This document shows, in pieces, positions 10,271 through 20,180 of a stretch of 64,000 bases of DNA; position 1 is the first letter of the stretch, and the number at the start of each line of letters is the position of its first letter. A program made the translations under genes and the position numbers. The stretch covers positions 62,001 to 126,000 of IMG/VR virus record IMGVR_UViG_3300049460_000128. One strand, given 5' to 3'. The notes under the pieces are model-generated. The model was not told where the DNA came from. It saw nothing but the letters and a program-made list of their open reading frames with translations, and did not search any database.

Positions 10271-10299
10271 AAAAAGGCCTCGAATATTCGAGGCCTTTT
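10271..10299. terminator. Terminator hairpin
   Basis: aaaaaGGCCTCGAA-TA-TTCGAGGCCtttt. Confidence 0.75.
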
Positions 10300-10318
10300 C
10301 TTTAGTCCATCCCAAGAA

Positions 10319-10891
10319 TCAAATGGGTTTCACATAATCCATTAGTTTCCTGATTGCGTCCTTACCATTTTGTTTCAAGTCCCTGCTACCAATACCAGCC
10401 CAAATGCCCGTAGGCTTTGGTGGCGCTTCGATTTGATCCCATGTTGACCCATTGTATTGGAACCAAGAGTCTTGATCCTGATCAAACACATAGACATTAT
10501 GGTTACCTGGGTGCAGTTGAGTGAACATCGTGGTCGCCCAAGCCGTACCGCCTTGCACCACATTGTCCTTGATCGTCGTCACAGCATAGCAGCTTGACGA
10601 CCATGCAACCTGATAGTAGTTGCGTTGAATCAATGACTTGACCCAAGGCTTACCAGGTGGATGTTTCTTCAAAGCCACCGCCGCAACCTTGATTGCTTCA
10701 TCGGCTTCTTTCAACTGTGCATCATTGAGACGCACCAGCTCTATTTCAGGGGCTTGACTGCGATGCCCACTGAAGCTCCAATGGATAACATTGTGACCGA
10801 TCAAGCCAGCACACATTCCCCATTGTACGTCCGCACCATCGGCGCCACCTGATAGGCAACAGTTGGCCATTGATTGAAAAAGTTCCTGCAT
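10319..10891 (-). CDS. Hypothetical protein, possible SLOG/DprA-like Rossmannoid fold
   Basis: N-terminal LSGGADGAD glycine loop and C-terminal AGIGSR. Confidence 0.5.
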   Translation of the reverse strand: MQELFQSMANCCLSGGADGADVQWGMCAGLIGHNVIHWSFSGHRSQAPEIELVRLNDAQLKEADEAIKVAAVALKKHPPGKPWVKSLIQRNYYQVAWSSSCYAVTTIKDNVVQGGTAWATTMFTQLHPGNHNVYVFDQDQDSWFQYNGSTWDQIEAPPKPTGIWAGIGSRDLKQNGKDAIRKLMDYVKPI

Positions 10892-11044
10892 TTATACCTC
10901 AATAGTGAATACTAATTTCCCAGCCTGGAATGAAAATGGTGCTTGATCCCTTACACCATTTCACATAACCAAACGGCGAAGGATGACTTGACGGGAGGCG
11001 TCGTAACAGCGCTACACTCCAACGTTTGGTTATCCGCATACGTT

Positions 11045-11257
11045 TCATTTCTTTCGTGGGAACAAGTATTTGAACTTGAAGTCTTCATTTATTGGGTCAC
11101 TGACATCCTCGAACGCTTTACGACGCATCCTTCGATACCGTCGCTCACTGAACATCGAGTACAGACCGCCAATCAATGCAATACCAACTTCAACAACGAC
11201 GCCCAACAACCAGAAACCAATTATGATTCCAACAATCCATTCAATGATTACTACCAT
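11045..11257 (-). CDS. Small membrane protein
   Basis: Hydrophobic N-terminal helix then basic tail. Confidence 0.55.
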   Translation of the reverse strand: MVVIIEWIVGIIIGFWLLGVVVEVGIALIGGLYSMFSERRYRRMRRKAFEDVSDPINEDFKFKYLFPRKK

Positions 11258-11455
11258 TTACCAACCTCGCTTCACGTCGTGCCATACTTCCACGATCGAA
11301 TCGTAGACTAAACTCAGAATCCACATTACCAGCATCACTGACAGCCCCAGGAAAAAGAACACGTATTCAAACACCCGCTTCGCAACTGTCCACGATAATG
11401 CCAGCAAGATACTGGCACTCACCAACACACCTGCGATCATAAGAAATTTGATCAC
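11258..11455 (-). CDS. Small membrane protein (2 predicted TM helices)
   Basis: 65 aa, two hydrophobic stretches, coupled to neighbours. Confidence 0.55.
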   Translation of the reverse strand: MIKFLMIAGVLVSASILLALSWTVAKRVFEYVFFFLGLSVMLVMWILSLVYDSIVEVWHDVKRGW

Positions 11456-11763
11456 TTACCGTCATCCTGGTTACGTTGTTCTGCGGCCAACACACGTTGC
11501 TCTAACGCATACAAGCGAGCTTCAAATGTCATCCAAACTTCAACCATCGAAGCACCACGAAGCTGGGCATTGATGATATGTTGACGTTCATCCATGTTTG
11601 ATTTAAATTCTTTCTCACGAATCCGATATGGCGTTTCGGGTGTTTTTTCCTCATAGCCAAGAGCAGTGCGGATCATCAAATATGCTAGACGACATAGCAA
11701 ATATGCACCAAAACCCATTAAGCCAAATATGATGACCATCGCCACAATAGCACCTGCACTCAT
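11452..11763 (-). CDS. Small membrane protein
   Basis: N-terminal TM helix, coiled-coil C-terminus; overlaps neighbours by 4 nt. Confidence 0.6.
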   Translation of the reverse strand: MSAGAIVAMVIIFGLMGFGAYLLCRLAYLMIRTALGYEEKTPETPYRIREKEFKSNMDERQHIINAQLRGASMVEVWMTFEARLYALEQRVLAAEQRNQDDGK

Positions 11764-12395
11764 TCTGCCGCCTTTCTTATAGCCGACTGAAGGTCAGCAA
11801 TTGTTTTATCATTTTCGATCAGGGCATCAACGGCAATATGATTCCATGCCCATTCACTTGAGTGAATGTGTGCATACTTGGTTTCCATGATTGTCTTTGC
11901 ACCTACTCGCACCACCTCATCAGTGCTGTTGATACGTACTGATGTTGAGAAGAATTCAGGCTCATCGCCTTTCTTGATTCGAACCAGTTTACCACCAAAG
12001 CGTTGCACCAACGACGTTTCGTTTTCGTAACGACAGTCAGTGATTACCACCTTGTCGTGACCGCTGTTGAGAATACGACGCTCCACATTGGAAATCCAAA
12101 TGTTGTCGTTGAAATTGGCCCTGATAATATCAGTTCCGATTCTAGTCATTGCCAACCTTGGTGTGAAGTTTGGGATGCCCAATTCTTTTGCCCACCAGCT
12201 GTCGACTTGCTCTCGCCATTCCCGGCTTTCCTTGGTGTCACCAATGAGCATATGGCGCGGCCAATCGAACATGGCCGACAATACATCCTTTAGCGCATCT
12301 GCGAACGCATACTTGACGTATCCGTCGTCAATGAGTGCTTGTGCTGCTGTATCCTTTCCGGCTCCTTTGAAGCCCAAAATACCTACGATTTTCAT
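11760..12395 (-). CDS. Deoxynucleoside monophosphate kinase (T4 gp1-like)
   Basis: GILGFKGAGKDT P-loop, FADALK, TPR..M..IGTD, VITDCRYENE, HSSE. Confidence 0.9.
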   Translation of the reverse strand: MKIVGILGFKGAGKDTAAQALIDDGYVKYAFADALKDVLSAMFDWPRHMLIGDTKESREWREQVDSWWAKELGIPNFTPRLAMTRIGTDIIRANFNDNIWISNVERRILNSGHDKVVITDCRYENETSLVQRFGGKLVRIKKGDEPEFFSTSVRINSTDEVVRVGAKTIMETKYAHIHSSEWAWNHIAVDALIENDKTIADLQSAIRKAAE

Positions 12396-12466
12396 ATAGA
12401 GTTCTCACATTTAATACTGCCTTGCAGTCAACTATTTTACAGAAAGTTGAATGTGATTCAATATAC

Positions 12467-13084
12467 TTACTCGTTATCTTCTTCCTGATAATCGTCGTCG
12501 AAGACTGCATCATCCATCAGCGAATTATCGGCCGGGTATGAGCGGGTATTTTCCGTGTACTGATCCACGTAGGCATCCATGTTCACAAATTTGGTATGAG
12601 TACCTACCAGTTTGACGCGCATGCAAAGGTCATCATCTGTGAAGAAAATCCAGTCGTTGTACTTGCGGTAATGACGACTGCTGAAACCCAAAGTCTTCAT
12701 GGTTTCGCGGAAGGAAGCGTATTCGCTTGGGGGAATTTGTGCCGCGTATTTGAATTGATATTCTGAGTTGCGATTGGCTAATTGCTTGAAACCAGTAACA
12801 AAATTACGTCCGTAGTCTTTTTGCATGGACGCCAATAGCTTTGACAATTCGACAGTGGCAACCGGATCATATGCACATACGACCCTGGTTATCACCTCGA
12901 ATGCGATGACTTGTGCTGTATCGATCCATTTGTGGATCCCAGCACGTTTATTGCTCAATTGTGCATTGATTGCCGTACCAACATCTTCTAACGATCGGTA
13001 TGCAATCCCGTTGGTGCTAAACTGAGAACTGTAACCAGTCCAATATTCGTTTGAATCTGACTTCTTGATTTTGTAGTGGATCAT
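12467..13084 (-). CDS. Hypothetical protein
   Basis: 205-aa ORF; contains WIFFTDDDLCMRVKL motif. Confidence 0.7.
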   Translation of the reverse strand: MIHYKIKKSDSNEYWTGYSSQFSTNGIAYRSLEDVGTAINAQLSNKRAGIHKWIDTAQVIAFEVITRVVCAYDPVATVELSKLLASMQKDYGRNFVTGFKQLANRNSEYQFKYAAQIPPSEYASFRETMKTLGFSSRHYRKYNDWIFFTDDDLCMRVKLVGTHTKFVNMDAYVDQYTENTRSYPADNSLMDDAVFDDDYQEEDNE

Positions 13085-13092
13085 TATTGTTA

Positions 13093-13410
13093 TTATTGTA
13101 TCTCACCATGATCCTCCTTGAAAGGGTTATTGGTAGACCAGATCTTAAACATAACCTGATCCTCCGACCATTCAAACACATACAGGACTTTGTCATCGTG
13201 TTTTTCACCACGATACCACCAGCCACTCGTGTGCTCAATCAGCCACTTATCAATAAAATCCAATTGGATCGCATCGATATTAAGCTTCAACTTCATCCAG
13301 ACAAACGGCGGCTTTATATCGCGCCATTCATCCCCACTTAGTCTCTTACCCATAAACCCTTTCAAGGCATCTGGCAACTTGTCTATGGCGCTATTATGCT
13401 CAGCAGACAA
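13093..13410 (-). CDS. Hypothetical protein
   Basis: 105-aa ORF ending in VFEWSEDQVMFKIW motif. Confidence 0.6.
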   Translation of the reverse strand: MSAEHNSAIDKLPDALKGFMGKRLSGDEWRDIKPPFVWMKLKLNIDAIQLDFIDKWLIEHTSGWWYRGEKHDDKVLYVFEWSEDQVMFKIWSTNNPFKEDHGEIQ

Positions 13411-13457
13411 GGTATCGTCAATAAAGAAACAAACTGTATTACAGTTCAGTTACCAGC

Positions 13458-13829
13458 TTAAATGCTCTTCAGCAATTCATCGATCTTCTTGGCTTTGTCC
13501 AGCACCTGTTGCAGATCGTCCTTACAGATGATGCGCATGCTGTAAAAGATCGGATTACCGTTGATCCCACGAGGGCCAGCCTTGTCGTAATATTCGAAGC
13601 AGAAGATCGAGCCCGAGTTTTGCAGTTGCTTGCTGGTGATTTCGTCCATGAAGAACAACGGCATGAACACCATGCCCAGCATGCTGATATCGCTGTCGCG
13701 AATCATCCACGAGCCGAAGATCTTGTCGGCGTGGTAGTCTTTTGCAAATTGGGAGAGTTCTTCTGGAGTGTAGCGATGGACTTCAGGGTTAGCTGGAACT
13801 TCGCCGTGTTCTAATACTTCGATGGACAT
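13458..13829 (-). CDS. Hypothetical protein
   Basis: Probable start MSIEVLEHG after GGAG RBS. Confidence 0.65.
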   Translation of the reverse strand: MSIEVLEHGEVPANPEVHRYTPEELSQFAKDYHADKIFGSWMIRDSDISMLGMVFMPLFFMDEITSKQLQNSGSIFCFEYYDKAGPRGINGNPIFYSMRIICKDDLQQVLDKAKKIDELLKSI

Positions 13830-13898
13830 ATCGTCTCCATGAACCAAAAATCGTATGGTACATGAAAACGATATCATTTACAAGTGAATCAGGTCATT

Positions 13899-15245
13899 TT
13901 ACAGGTGGATCCGCCAGAAACCTGGGTTGTATTCACCACTGATGGCCATAATCCAAGAACCGTTAAGGAAACGCAATTGCTTGCTGGTGCGCAAATTAAC
14001 CAAGTATTCACTGGTGTGGGTTGTGTTCGCGCTAAATGAAACAGTCCAACCAGTCATCGTATACTCAATGATGTCGTTCGCATATGCGGTAAGATTACCC
14101 CAAGCTTCACATGGCCCAATGTCTTCCAAGACGAGGTAACGCTGCCCAAGCGTCGCTGCCGGCAATTGCACACCTGGAATGTGAACCAATGGATCAATCA
14201 AGCCATTGACTGGTGGTTGAGTATTGGCTGGTAATGTGTCAATGTCAATCTGCCAGAACAAAACATTCGGACGACTACTATCAAGTTGAATGGTACCCAC
14301 GATATCAAGATCATCTGCTTGTTCGATATCGGCACGAAGTCGCAATTGTGATTGAGCTGGAGTAACGGTGCCATATTGATACAACAGGCGTTCCCAACTT
14401 GGTACTGGTGCATTTTCTGGTCCCAGTAGCGTAACTTCACCACCGTCAACACTGATGTGATAGTCACCAGGAGTAACAATCACTCGACCAACCTGTTCAG
14501 CATCACTCGATACGACCATGGTGTCTTCTGAATTCGTGGCGTCAACCGTACCAGCATAGATGTTGGTGACAATCTGTTCAATGACACGCTGCTGTGTGAC
14601 CTTAGCTGGTGGGCTGATCCACAATGGCAGTTTGAAGATAAACGTCATGATGTCGATTTCATCAGACGTACCAACTGGCATCGATCGTGATGACCACGCA
14701 ATACTGTCGAGGGTCATAGTAGTCATTGCTGACCAGTCCAATGGATTATCAGAGTTCTGAATATCAAAGCCCACATTGAATGCCATAACGATTTGCTCAA
14801 ACAACATGTGCTTCTGATTCTCGTTCGAGGTCCAAATATCAACTTGAAGTGTCATATCCATTGGGTGAGGCATCATACGATCAACGGTATACTTGGCACC
14901 AGGATCACTCGTGTATTTGCCAGTCGTTGGATCGACGGCCAATTCATGAACATGCAAGGTACTGATGTGTCCAGGATTTTGAGTACGTGATCGGTCAATT
15001 GCCATATCCTTAATGAATACGGTAATCATTGGTGTACTCAACAGCGAGTTTTCACTGTTGTTCTGGATGATCGATGCTACTTGCTTGTTCTGACTCGCCA
15101 TGCGACATGGCACTACCTGGTAACGAGGAGTACCATCAGCATTCTTCCCGGCTTCAATCTGAAAGCCCGAGAAGGCACGAACTACTTGGAGCAGGAAACG
15201 GCGTACTTGACCATCGTAGAAAAATGGAATCGCATCAAATGCCAT
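13899..15245 (-). CDS. gp15: Tail sheath stabiliser/terminator (T4 gp15-like) with C-terminal extension
   Basis: FFYDGQVRRFL.Q..R.FS, VPCRMA, P.P....LQVDIWTSNENQK....EQI...FN, F.LP.WISPP. Confidence 0.8.
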   Translation of the reverse strand: MAFDAIPFFYDGQVRRFLLQVVRAFSGFQIEAGKNADGTPRYQVVPCRMASQNKQVASIIQNNSENSLLSTPMITVFIKDMAIDRSRTQNPGHISTLHVHELAVDPTTGKYTSDPGAKYTVDRMMPHPMDMTLQVDIWTSNENQKHMLFEQIVMAFNVGFDIQNSDNPLDWSAMTTMTLDSIAWSSRSMPVGTSDEIDIMTFIFKLPLWISPPAKVTQQRVIEQIVTNIYAGTVDATNSEDTMVVSSDAEQVGRVIVTPGDYHISVDGGEVTLLGPENAPVPSWERLLYQYGTVTPAQSQLRLRADIEQADDLDIVGTIQLDSSRPNVLFWQIDIDTLPANTQPPVNGLIDPLVHIPGVQLPAATLGQRYLVLEDIGPCEAWGNLTAYANDIIEYTMTGWTVSFSANTTHTSEYLVNLRTSKQLRFLNGSWIMAISGEYNPGFWRIHL

Positions 15246-15900
15246 GGTTGTCACCTTGTTGTTTTAGCGCTTTTCTTTTAGCATGAGCTTCGCGCATTTT
15301 TTGTTTGGTTTCTTCGGGAAGTTTTTTCCCTTTTTTTGCCGCAGACATACGATCTTTCATTTCTTGAGTCCGAACCCAAGCACTCATATTCTGTTTGGCT
15401 GTTTCGTCTCGTTTCTGCCCTTTCAATTTTTCTACACGTTTAGTAATCCATTCGTCACTTTGTGTCTTACCTTTGTGTGAGTTACTTTTTCCTCGCATAG
15501 CATCATGATTGGCAGTCCGTTGCAATTTAGCCTTTTCACTAGTCTGCAAAGCAACTCGAATGTTATCTAAGTGTTCTTTACTTTTTACTTTGCCAGTCAT
15601 CAATGCGGATATTCGTTTGGCATTTTCTGCTTTGAGTCTATCGTACATTCGCCCTGAGATTTTAGTGTCAAGTCTATGAACCATATACCAAAGTGCAGTG
15701 AGCATTGGTCCCTTATGAATTTTGGCCAACAATAAATGAGCCACGAAATGTTCCCGGGCTGTCAATTCAACAATATTGCTTTCGACATCAGTACCACCCA
15801 TTGATTGCTGTATTATGTGGTGACGTTCTTTATAACCGTTAACGGTTTGACGTAATTTCGCCTTTTCAATTAATGCTGAATATATGTGTTGATAGTTCAT
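15235..15900 (-). mobile_element. Free-standing HNH homing endonuclease with NUMOD3-like basic repeats
   Basis: Y.ERHHII..SMGG.D...N.V.LTAREHFVAH.LL motif, then K-rich 'H...I' repeats; 3' end overlaps the gp15 start. Confidence 0.85.
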
Positions 15901-15909
15901 ATCACCTCA

Positions 15910-15942
15910 ATAGAATGGCACCAGTTGGTGCCATTCTATTTA
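15910..15942 (-). promoter_or_regulatory. 14-bp perfect hairpin overlapping a TAAATA late promoter, beside the HNH RBS
   Basis: atagaatggcacca-gt-tggtgccattctat (15910-15939); tattta at 15937-15942; GAGGTGA RBS at 15902-15908. Confidence 0.6.
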
Positions 15943-15975
15943 CTTACTGCCCATCGTAGAAGAAGTCAATTAGAG

Positions 15976-16392
15976 TCATACGATGTGCTTACCTGCTTGC
16001 AATTCGGCCAAGGTCAAACCACCGGTGTATTGGACGTGTGCCAATTCCTTGAATGACTTCCAACGGCCTGCCCATTCCAAGCCAACAGATTCAGCCAACT
16101 CACCGCAACGAGTGAAGGTCTTTGTGTCATTCCAGTTGATCTTACCGTTAACCACTGGGGCAAAGTCCAATGCACAACGATAGTTGTGATACGATTGACC
16201 CGCTTTGGCATTGGTCACAATCGCACCTTTGGTGGTACGACCCTGGTTATACAATGCGGTTTGACTCTCGAAGTCACGATACGTGGATGTGACGATTACG
16301 TCAATGCCTTCTGCATGACATGCTGCGATAAACGCAAGGGCTTTTTCTTTAACGACCGGCAACAGGTCATCAAGGTTTCTACTGTTAATCAT
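15976..16392 (-). CDS. Endolysin, peptidase M15C (L-Ala-D-Glu endopeptidase)
   Basis: TSTYR..E.Q..LY.QGRT..G..VTNAK.GQSYHNY..A.D, W.GRW....E..HVQ. Confidence 0.9.
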   Translation of the reverse strand: MINSRNLDDLLPVVKEKALAFIAACHAEGIDVIVTSTYRDFESQTALYNQGRTTKGAIVTNAKAGQSYHNYRCALDFAPVVNGKINWNDTKTFTRCGELAESVGLEWAGRWKSFKELAHVQYTGGLTLAELQAGKHIV

Positions 16393-16403
16393 AATGATTC
16401 TCC

Positions 16404-17555
16404 TTAGAAGTCAGCACGCGGTCTGATGGTCGCGCTGAGTGGTTGTTTCTCATCAAACGTACGGGCTGGCTCAACATTGTTGGCAGCGATCGTGGTTTGA
16501 TTCTTGTTGTTGATAAACGACTTGAGCAAGCGATGGGCCATACTCCAATCTTCCTGGCGATAATCAATCTCAATACGAACCCACTTTGAACCCATACGCT
16601 TGAACAAGCTATGTGGATCATAATCGGTGCGCAGGAAGAAATCGCCTTCAGTTGGTCCAATTGGGAAACTATTACCAGATCCAACCAATTGTGCGTTATT
16701 GGGTGGTACACCATCGCCAGCAAATACCCATGGGGCCTGAGTGGACAACTCGTCTCCTGGTACCACATAGAACTGACGCGTGTCGAAGTTTCTAGCACTG
16801 ACGTGCTTCTTGGCTTCTTCCACGATGTCATTGTTGAGACCCAACTGAGTACCAACATTGCTCATGATGTCTTGCAGTTTGGTGTCTGTCTCCAGGCCAA
16901 ATGGATCGATGGCATTCTGATCCAGAATGTCCTGATACTCCTGACTAGCCGTCATAGGCTTGACTTTAACTCGCCACACATGGGAGAACCAAGTCTGGCT
17001 ATAACCCTCAGTAGAACGGGCTGCATCTTCCACCACGTAGAACTTGTTCATGGCTGGCTTATCGCCCAACGCATACTCGTCACGTTGGTGTGGCAATTCA
17101 ATTACATCACCCGACATCAATTTTCTACCCAGGATAGAAACCATGTCGTTGGTGTGGAAGAAGATAGTGAGGTTGTCGTTATCCAGGAAGAGACCAAATT
17201 GGCGAAGATCGAACTCAGTATCCTGAATACTGTAAATGGCCTTCAACTCAATGATGTCTGGTGCATATCTGCGGTCACGATTCTCCAAGAGCAATACGTC
17301 TTGGATCAAGGTCTCACCACCATCGTAGCTCTGGGCTTGCGTACCGTCAGCGTTGAGGATAGGTGTAACCCCATCGTCTTCGAACAATGGCTGACCTTCT
17401 ACGACGGCTCCGTTGACTTCCTTGGGCCCCAGGTACTTGTGGATCCAAGCAGCAGTGCCACCGATCTGAAATTGTTCCCTGATTGTATTGTCCAGGAACT
17501 TGAAATCATTCTTTTTGAGGCCATTGCCCCATATGCTCAAACGTGGCATATCCAC
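16404..17555 (-). CDS. gp14: Neck / head closure protein (T4 gp14-like)
   Basis: IQD.L.LENRDR.Y, D.EFDL.QFGLF....L...FH.NDM...LGRKLMSGDVIELPH pattern. Confidence 0.7.
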   Translation of the reverse strand: MDMPRLSIWGNGLKKNDFKFLDNTIREQFQIGGTAAWIHKYLGPKEVNGAVVEGQPLFEDDGVTPILNADGTQAQSYDGGETLIQDVLLLENRDRRYAPDIIELKAIYSIQDTEFDLRQFGLFLDNDNLTIFFHTNDMVSILGRKLMSGDVIELPHQRDEYALGDKPAMNKFYVVEDAARSTEGYSQTWFSHVWRVKVKPMTASQEYQDILDQNAIDPFGLETDTKLQDIMSNVGTQLGLNNDIVEEAKKHVSARNFDTRQFYVVPGDELSTQAPWVFAGDGVPPNNAQLVGSGNSFPIGPTEGDFFLRTDYDPHSLFKRMGSKWVRIEIDYRQEDWSMAHRLLKSFINNKNQTTIAANNVEPARTFDEKQPLSATIRPRADF

Positions 17556-17646
17556 CTCATATGAAAGCCATATTTAGTCGTATGGTGCCATATGAAATAA
17601 TGGTGTTTTTGAGGATTCTGATCGATTTCCTGTCAAGTTTTTAAAA

Positions 17647-17669
17647 ACCTACCTGGAGTTTACGACATC
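17647..17669 (+). repeat. Intergenic 23-bp element, copy 1
   Basis: acctacctggagtttacgacatc, identical at 40971-40993. Confidence 0.9.
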
Positions 17670-17967
17670 GATATCATTGTTTTTTAGTGATTCCTCAAGA
17701 ATCATAGTCTTCATGATCTTCTTCTTTCTTCATGAAAGTATCAATCATTAGGCTAGTACCAAGAGACTATATGTGTCATACCTGAGTTCTTGTCTAGTAG
17801 TTCTTCCTCGAGTGGTAATGCTGTCATATCGGGATAGTATTCGTAGCTGGTGTAGTTCCTACTTTCCAGCTACTTGATTGATGGACTATTGGGGTTATTT
17901 TGTTACCTGGGGGTTATTTGTGTGGTTTGTGATAAATATCTTGGTATCCTTTATGGGAGTTTGGTAT

Positions 17968-18735
17968 ATGAGTGAGATCAGGAAGAAGTTGATTACCGAG
18001 ATGCAATTGAGTCTTGGTAGTGGGATGATTGATATTGAGTTAGATCCGGAGCATTATGAGTTTTGTGTTCAGGTTGCATTGGATCGATATCGTCAGCGGA
18101 GTACGAATGGTGTTGAGGAGTCGTTTATTTTTTTGGAGATTCAGCCCAACGTAGCTGTGTATTATTTGCCTGAGGCGGTTCAGGAGGTTCGTAAGATATA
18201 TCGTCGTGGATCGGGATCGGCTGGTAATACTGGAGTGGGGATTGATCCGTTCAATCAAGCGTTCATCAACAACATGTATATGATTGGTAATCCGTCGAAT
18301 ACGGGTATGAATTCTGGTGGTACTGGTTTTTTAGCCACGTATGAATTGAGTATGCAGTTTCAATCTATAGTTGGTACCATGTTTGGTCGAGAGGTCATGT
18401 ATACGTGGAATCCGGAGTCCAAGAAGTTGACATTGCATCGTAAGTTTACGGCTGCTGAGGAGGTGTTGTTGTGGGCGTACAATGATAAGCCGGACGATAT
18501 GATTATTAGGGATCGTATGAGTAAGGTTTGGATTCGTGATTATGCGGTTGCTCGTGCCAAGGTCATATTAGGTGAAGCGCGTTCGAAGTTTCAGCAGATT
18601 GCTGGTCCTCAGGGTGGATCGTCTTTAAATGGTGATGCCATGAAGGAGGAGGGTAAGGCGGAGATGGAGCGTCTTGATAAGGAGTTGACTGATTTGGTAG
18701 ACCAGAGTATGGGGTATGGCATTATCATTGGATGA
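17968..18735 (+). CDS. gp13: Neck / head-tail adaptor (T4 gp13-like)
   Basis: LG.GMIDIELDPEHYE, W...Y..A..K..LGEARSKF..IAGPQGG.SLNGD.MK.EG; start MSEIRKK after GGGAG RBS and TAAATA. Confidence 0.8.
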   Translation: MSEIRKKLITEMQLSLGSGMIDIELDPEHYEFCVQVALDRYRQRSTNGVEESFIFLEIQPNVAVYYLPEAVQEVRKIYRRGSGSAGNTGVGIDPFNQAFINNMYMIGNPSNTGMNSGGTGFLATYELSMQFQSIVGTMFGREVMYTWNPESKKLTLHRKFTAAEEVLLWAYNDKPDDMIIRDRMSKVWIRDYAVARAKVILGEARSKFQQIAGPQGGSSLNGDAMKEEGKAEMERLDKELTDLVDQSMGYGIIIG

Positions 18736-19093
18736 TGTTATACTGGCTTTTTTGATCATCTGGTGTACCATGACAGTATTTCATTATGATAGATTCAGTA
18801 GGCCACCTGGTATGGAGTTGCCATATATGTTTCAGTATGTGATTGATCTTCGTCGGTTGTTGACATTAGATCAACGTCTGGCTACAGGCTGGCAGCAACA
18901 GTGCTTGATGCAGGATATCAAGAATGCTATCGTTAATTATATGAGGCAATTTGAGGATCCATACACGATGGATTTTCAGTTTGATTACGTGTATATGAAG
19001 ACGGTTGGTGATGAATGGTTGGTTCTTAGTAAATTGGCAGGTCATCCATGGTATCGTGCGATCATTGAGACCAACGTCATAACACCAGAGTGA
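18716..19093 (+). CDS. Hypothetical protein ('Y..DEW...KL.G' family)
   Basis: YVYMKTVGDEWLVLSKLAGH; start uncertain. Confidence 0.55.
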   Translation: MALSLDDVILAFLIIWCTMTVFHYDRFSRPPGMELPYMFQYVIDLRRLLTLDQRLATGWQQQCLMQDIKNAIVNYMRQFEDPYTMDFQFDYVYMKTVGDEWLVLSKLAGHPWYRAIIETNVITPE

Positions 19094-19161
19094 AATATCC
19101 ATTGTTGTAAGTCAATGTGGCTACCAGTATACTGGTAGCCATTTTACCATTTGGCACAAAT

Positions 19162-19539
19162 ATGGAATACGATTTTCTGATCAGTGATCATAGTGAGTGG
19201 GCGCATCCAGAGTATCAATACAGGGTCATATACCATTTGGGTAAGGAGTATAATTTTGGGTATGCGGGCTATAAGTCTCAAGCAGATCTTCAGATTATGC
19301 AGGATAGCAACTATACTAAAATTCTGGGGTATTTGAACCAGATGATGGTTGAGGATGCCTATAAGGCGGTTCGTATGGTTGACTTATTGATTGTCTACTG
19401 TAATGAGTGGATTGATGACGTCACGTTGAAGCTTGCATGTGGGGAAGACATTCATTTCATCAAGCCTGCTTTTGTTGAGAAATTGGGGTTACCTGAGACT
19501 GAGCATCAGGCAATTATTCGTCTTATGGGTGGTGCATGA
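19162..19539 (+). CDS. Hypothetical protein ('YC..W...KL' family)
   Basis: WAHPEYQYRV and IVYCNEWIDDVTLKLACG. Confidence 0.7.
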   Translation: MEYDFLISDHSEWAHPEYQYRVIYHLGKEYNFGYAGYKSQADLQIMQDSNYTKILGYLNQMMVEDAYKAVRMVDLLIVYCNEWIDDVTLKLACGEDIHFIKPAFVEKLGLPETEHQAIIRLMGGA

Positions 19540-19982
19540 AAGCCAACAAATATAATCCCAAGATTCCAGTTCGTTCGTTTGGCCTGCCACCTGATTGGCT
19601 GCATCCTGAGCTTGCGTATCGGGTTACGATTGATATCAAGCCCAAGATTGTTAAGATTCAATATCCACTTGGGTCTCAATACTCTTACTCTTTGGCTGGC
19701 CACTATATCATTATGAGTCCCAGCCATTTCAATGAGTATGAGTATGACGAAAACAAGGCGCAGGTGATCAGGGACGTGTCGTCATTGTTGCCAGGTCGTC
19801 ATGCCGTGCATTCGATCATGAAGGATCGGGTGTTGGTGTATTGTGACGAATGGATTGATCCTGTTGTCTTAAAGCTCGCCAGGATTGAGAATATGGGTCG
19901 TTGGGCGATTGAGAATCGTCGTCATATTCCGGATCAGAAGATCAATCATTTGGCGAATAGTTTAGTATCGAGGATAGTATGA
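19536..19982 (+). CDS. Hypothetical protein ('YC..W...KL' family)
   Basis: WLHPELAYRV and LVYCDEWIDPVVLKLARI. Confidence 0.7.
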   Translation: MKANKYNPKIPVRSFGLPPDWLHPELAYRVTIDIKPKIVKIQYPLGSQYSYSLAGHYIIMSPSHFNEYEYDENKAQVIRDVSSLLPGRHAVHSIMKDRVLVYCDEWIDPVVLKLARIENMGRWAIENRRHIPDQKINHLANSLVSRIV

Positions 19983-20131
19983 GTGAGATTGAGTGGTTGT
20001 TGTTCTGGCCGTGTTGGTTTTTGACTCGGATGTGGATCACCCGTAAGTGGCCGTTGGGACGAACGATTACGGTTGGTTTCATCATATCGATTAGCATCTA
20101 TGTCGCATTGTTGATTTTTGCATTTTGCTAA
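19979..20131 (+). CDS. Small membrane protein (50 aa, below ORF-track cut-off)
   Basis: MSEIEWLLFWPCWFLTRMWITRKWPLGRTITVGFIISISIYVALLIFAFC; ATGA overlap with the upstream stop. Confidence 0.5.
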   Translation: MSEIEWLLFWPCWFLTRMWITRKWPLGRTITVGFIISISIYVALLIFAFC

Positions 20132-20180
20132 AAGGATTTTGCCACCTTATACTGAGTGCCAATTTACCTAAGGAGCAGTT

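Noticed and set aside
11045-11763. Three small membrane proteins as holin/antiholin/spanin
   Set aside because: Not adjacent to the endolysin, no lipobox, no family signature
16611-17564. 317-aa plus-strand ORF
   Set aside because: Antisense shadow of the gp14 gene; no motifs
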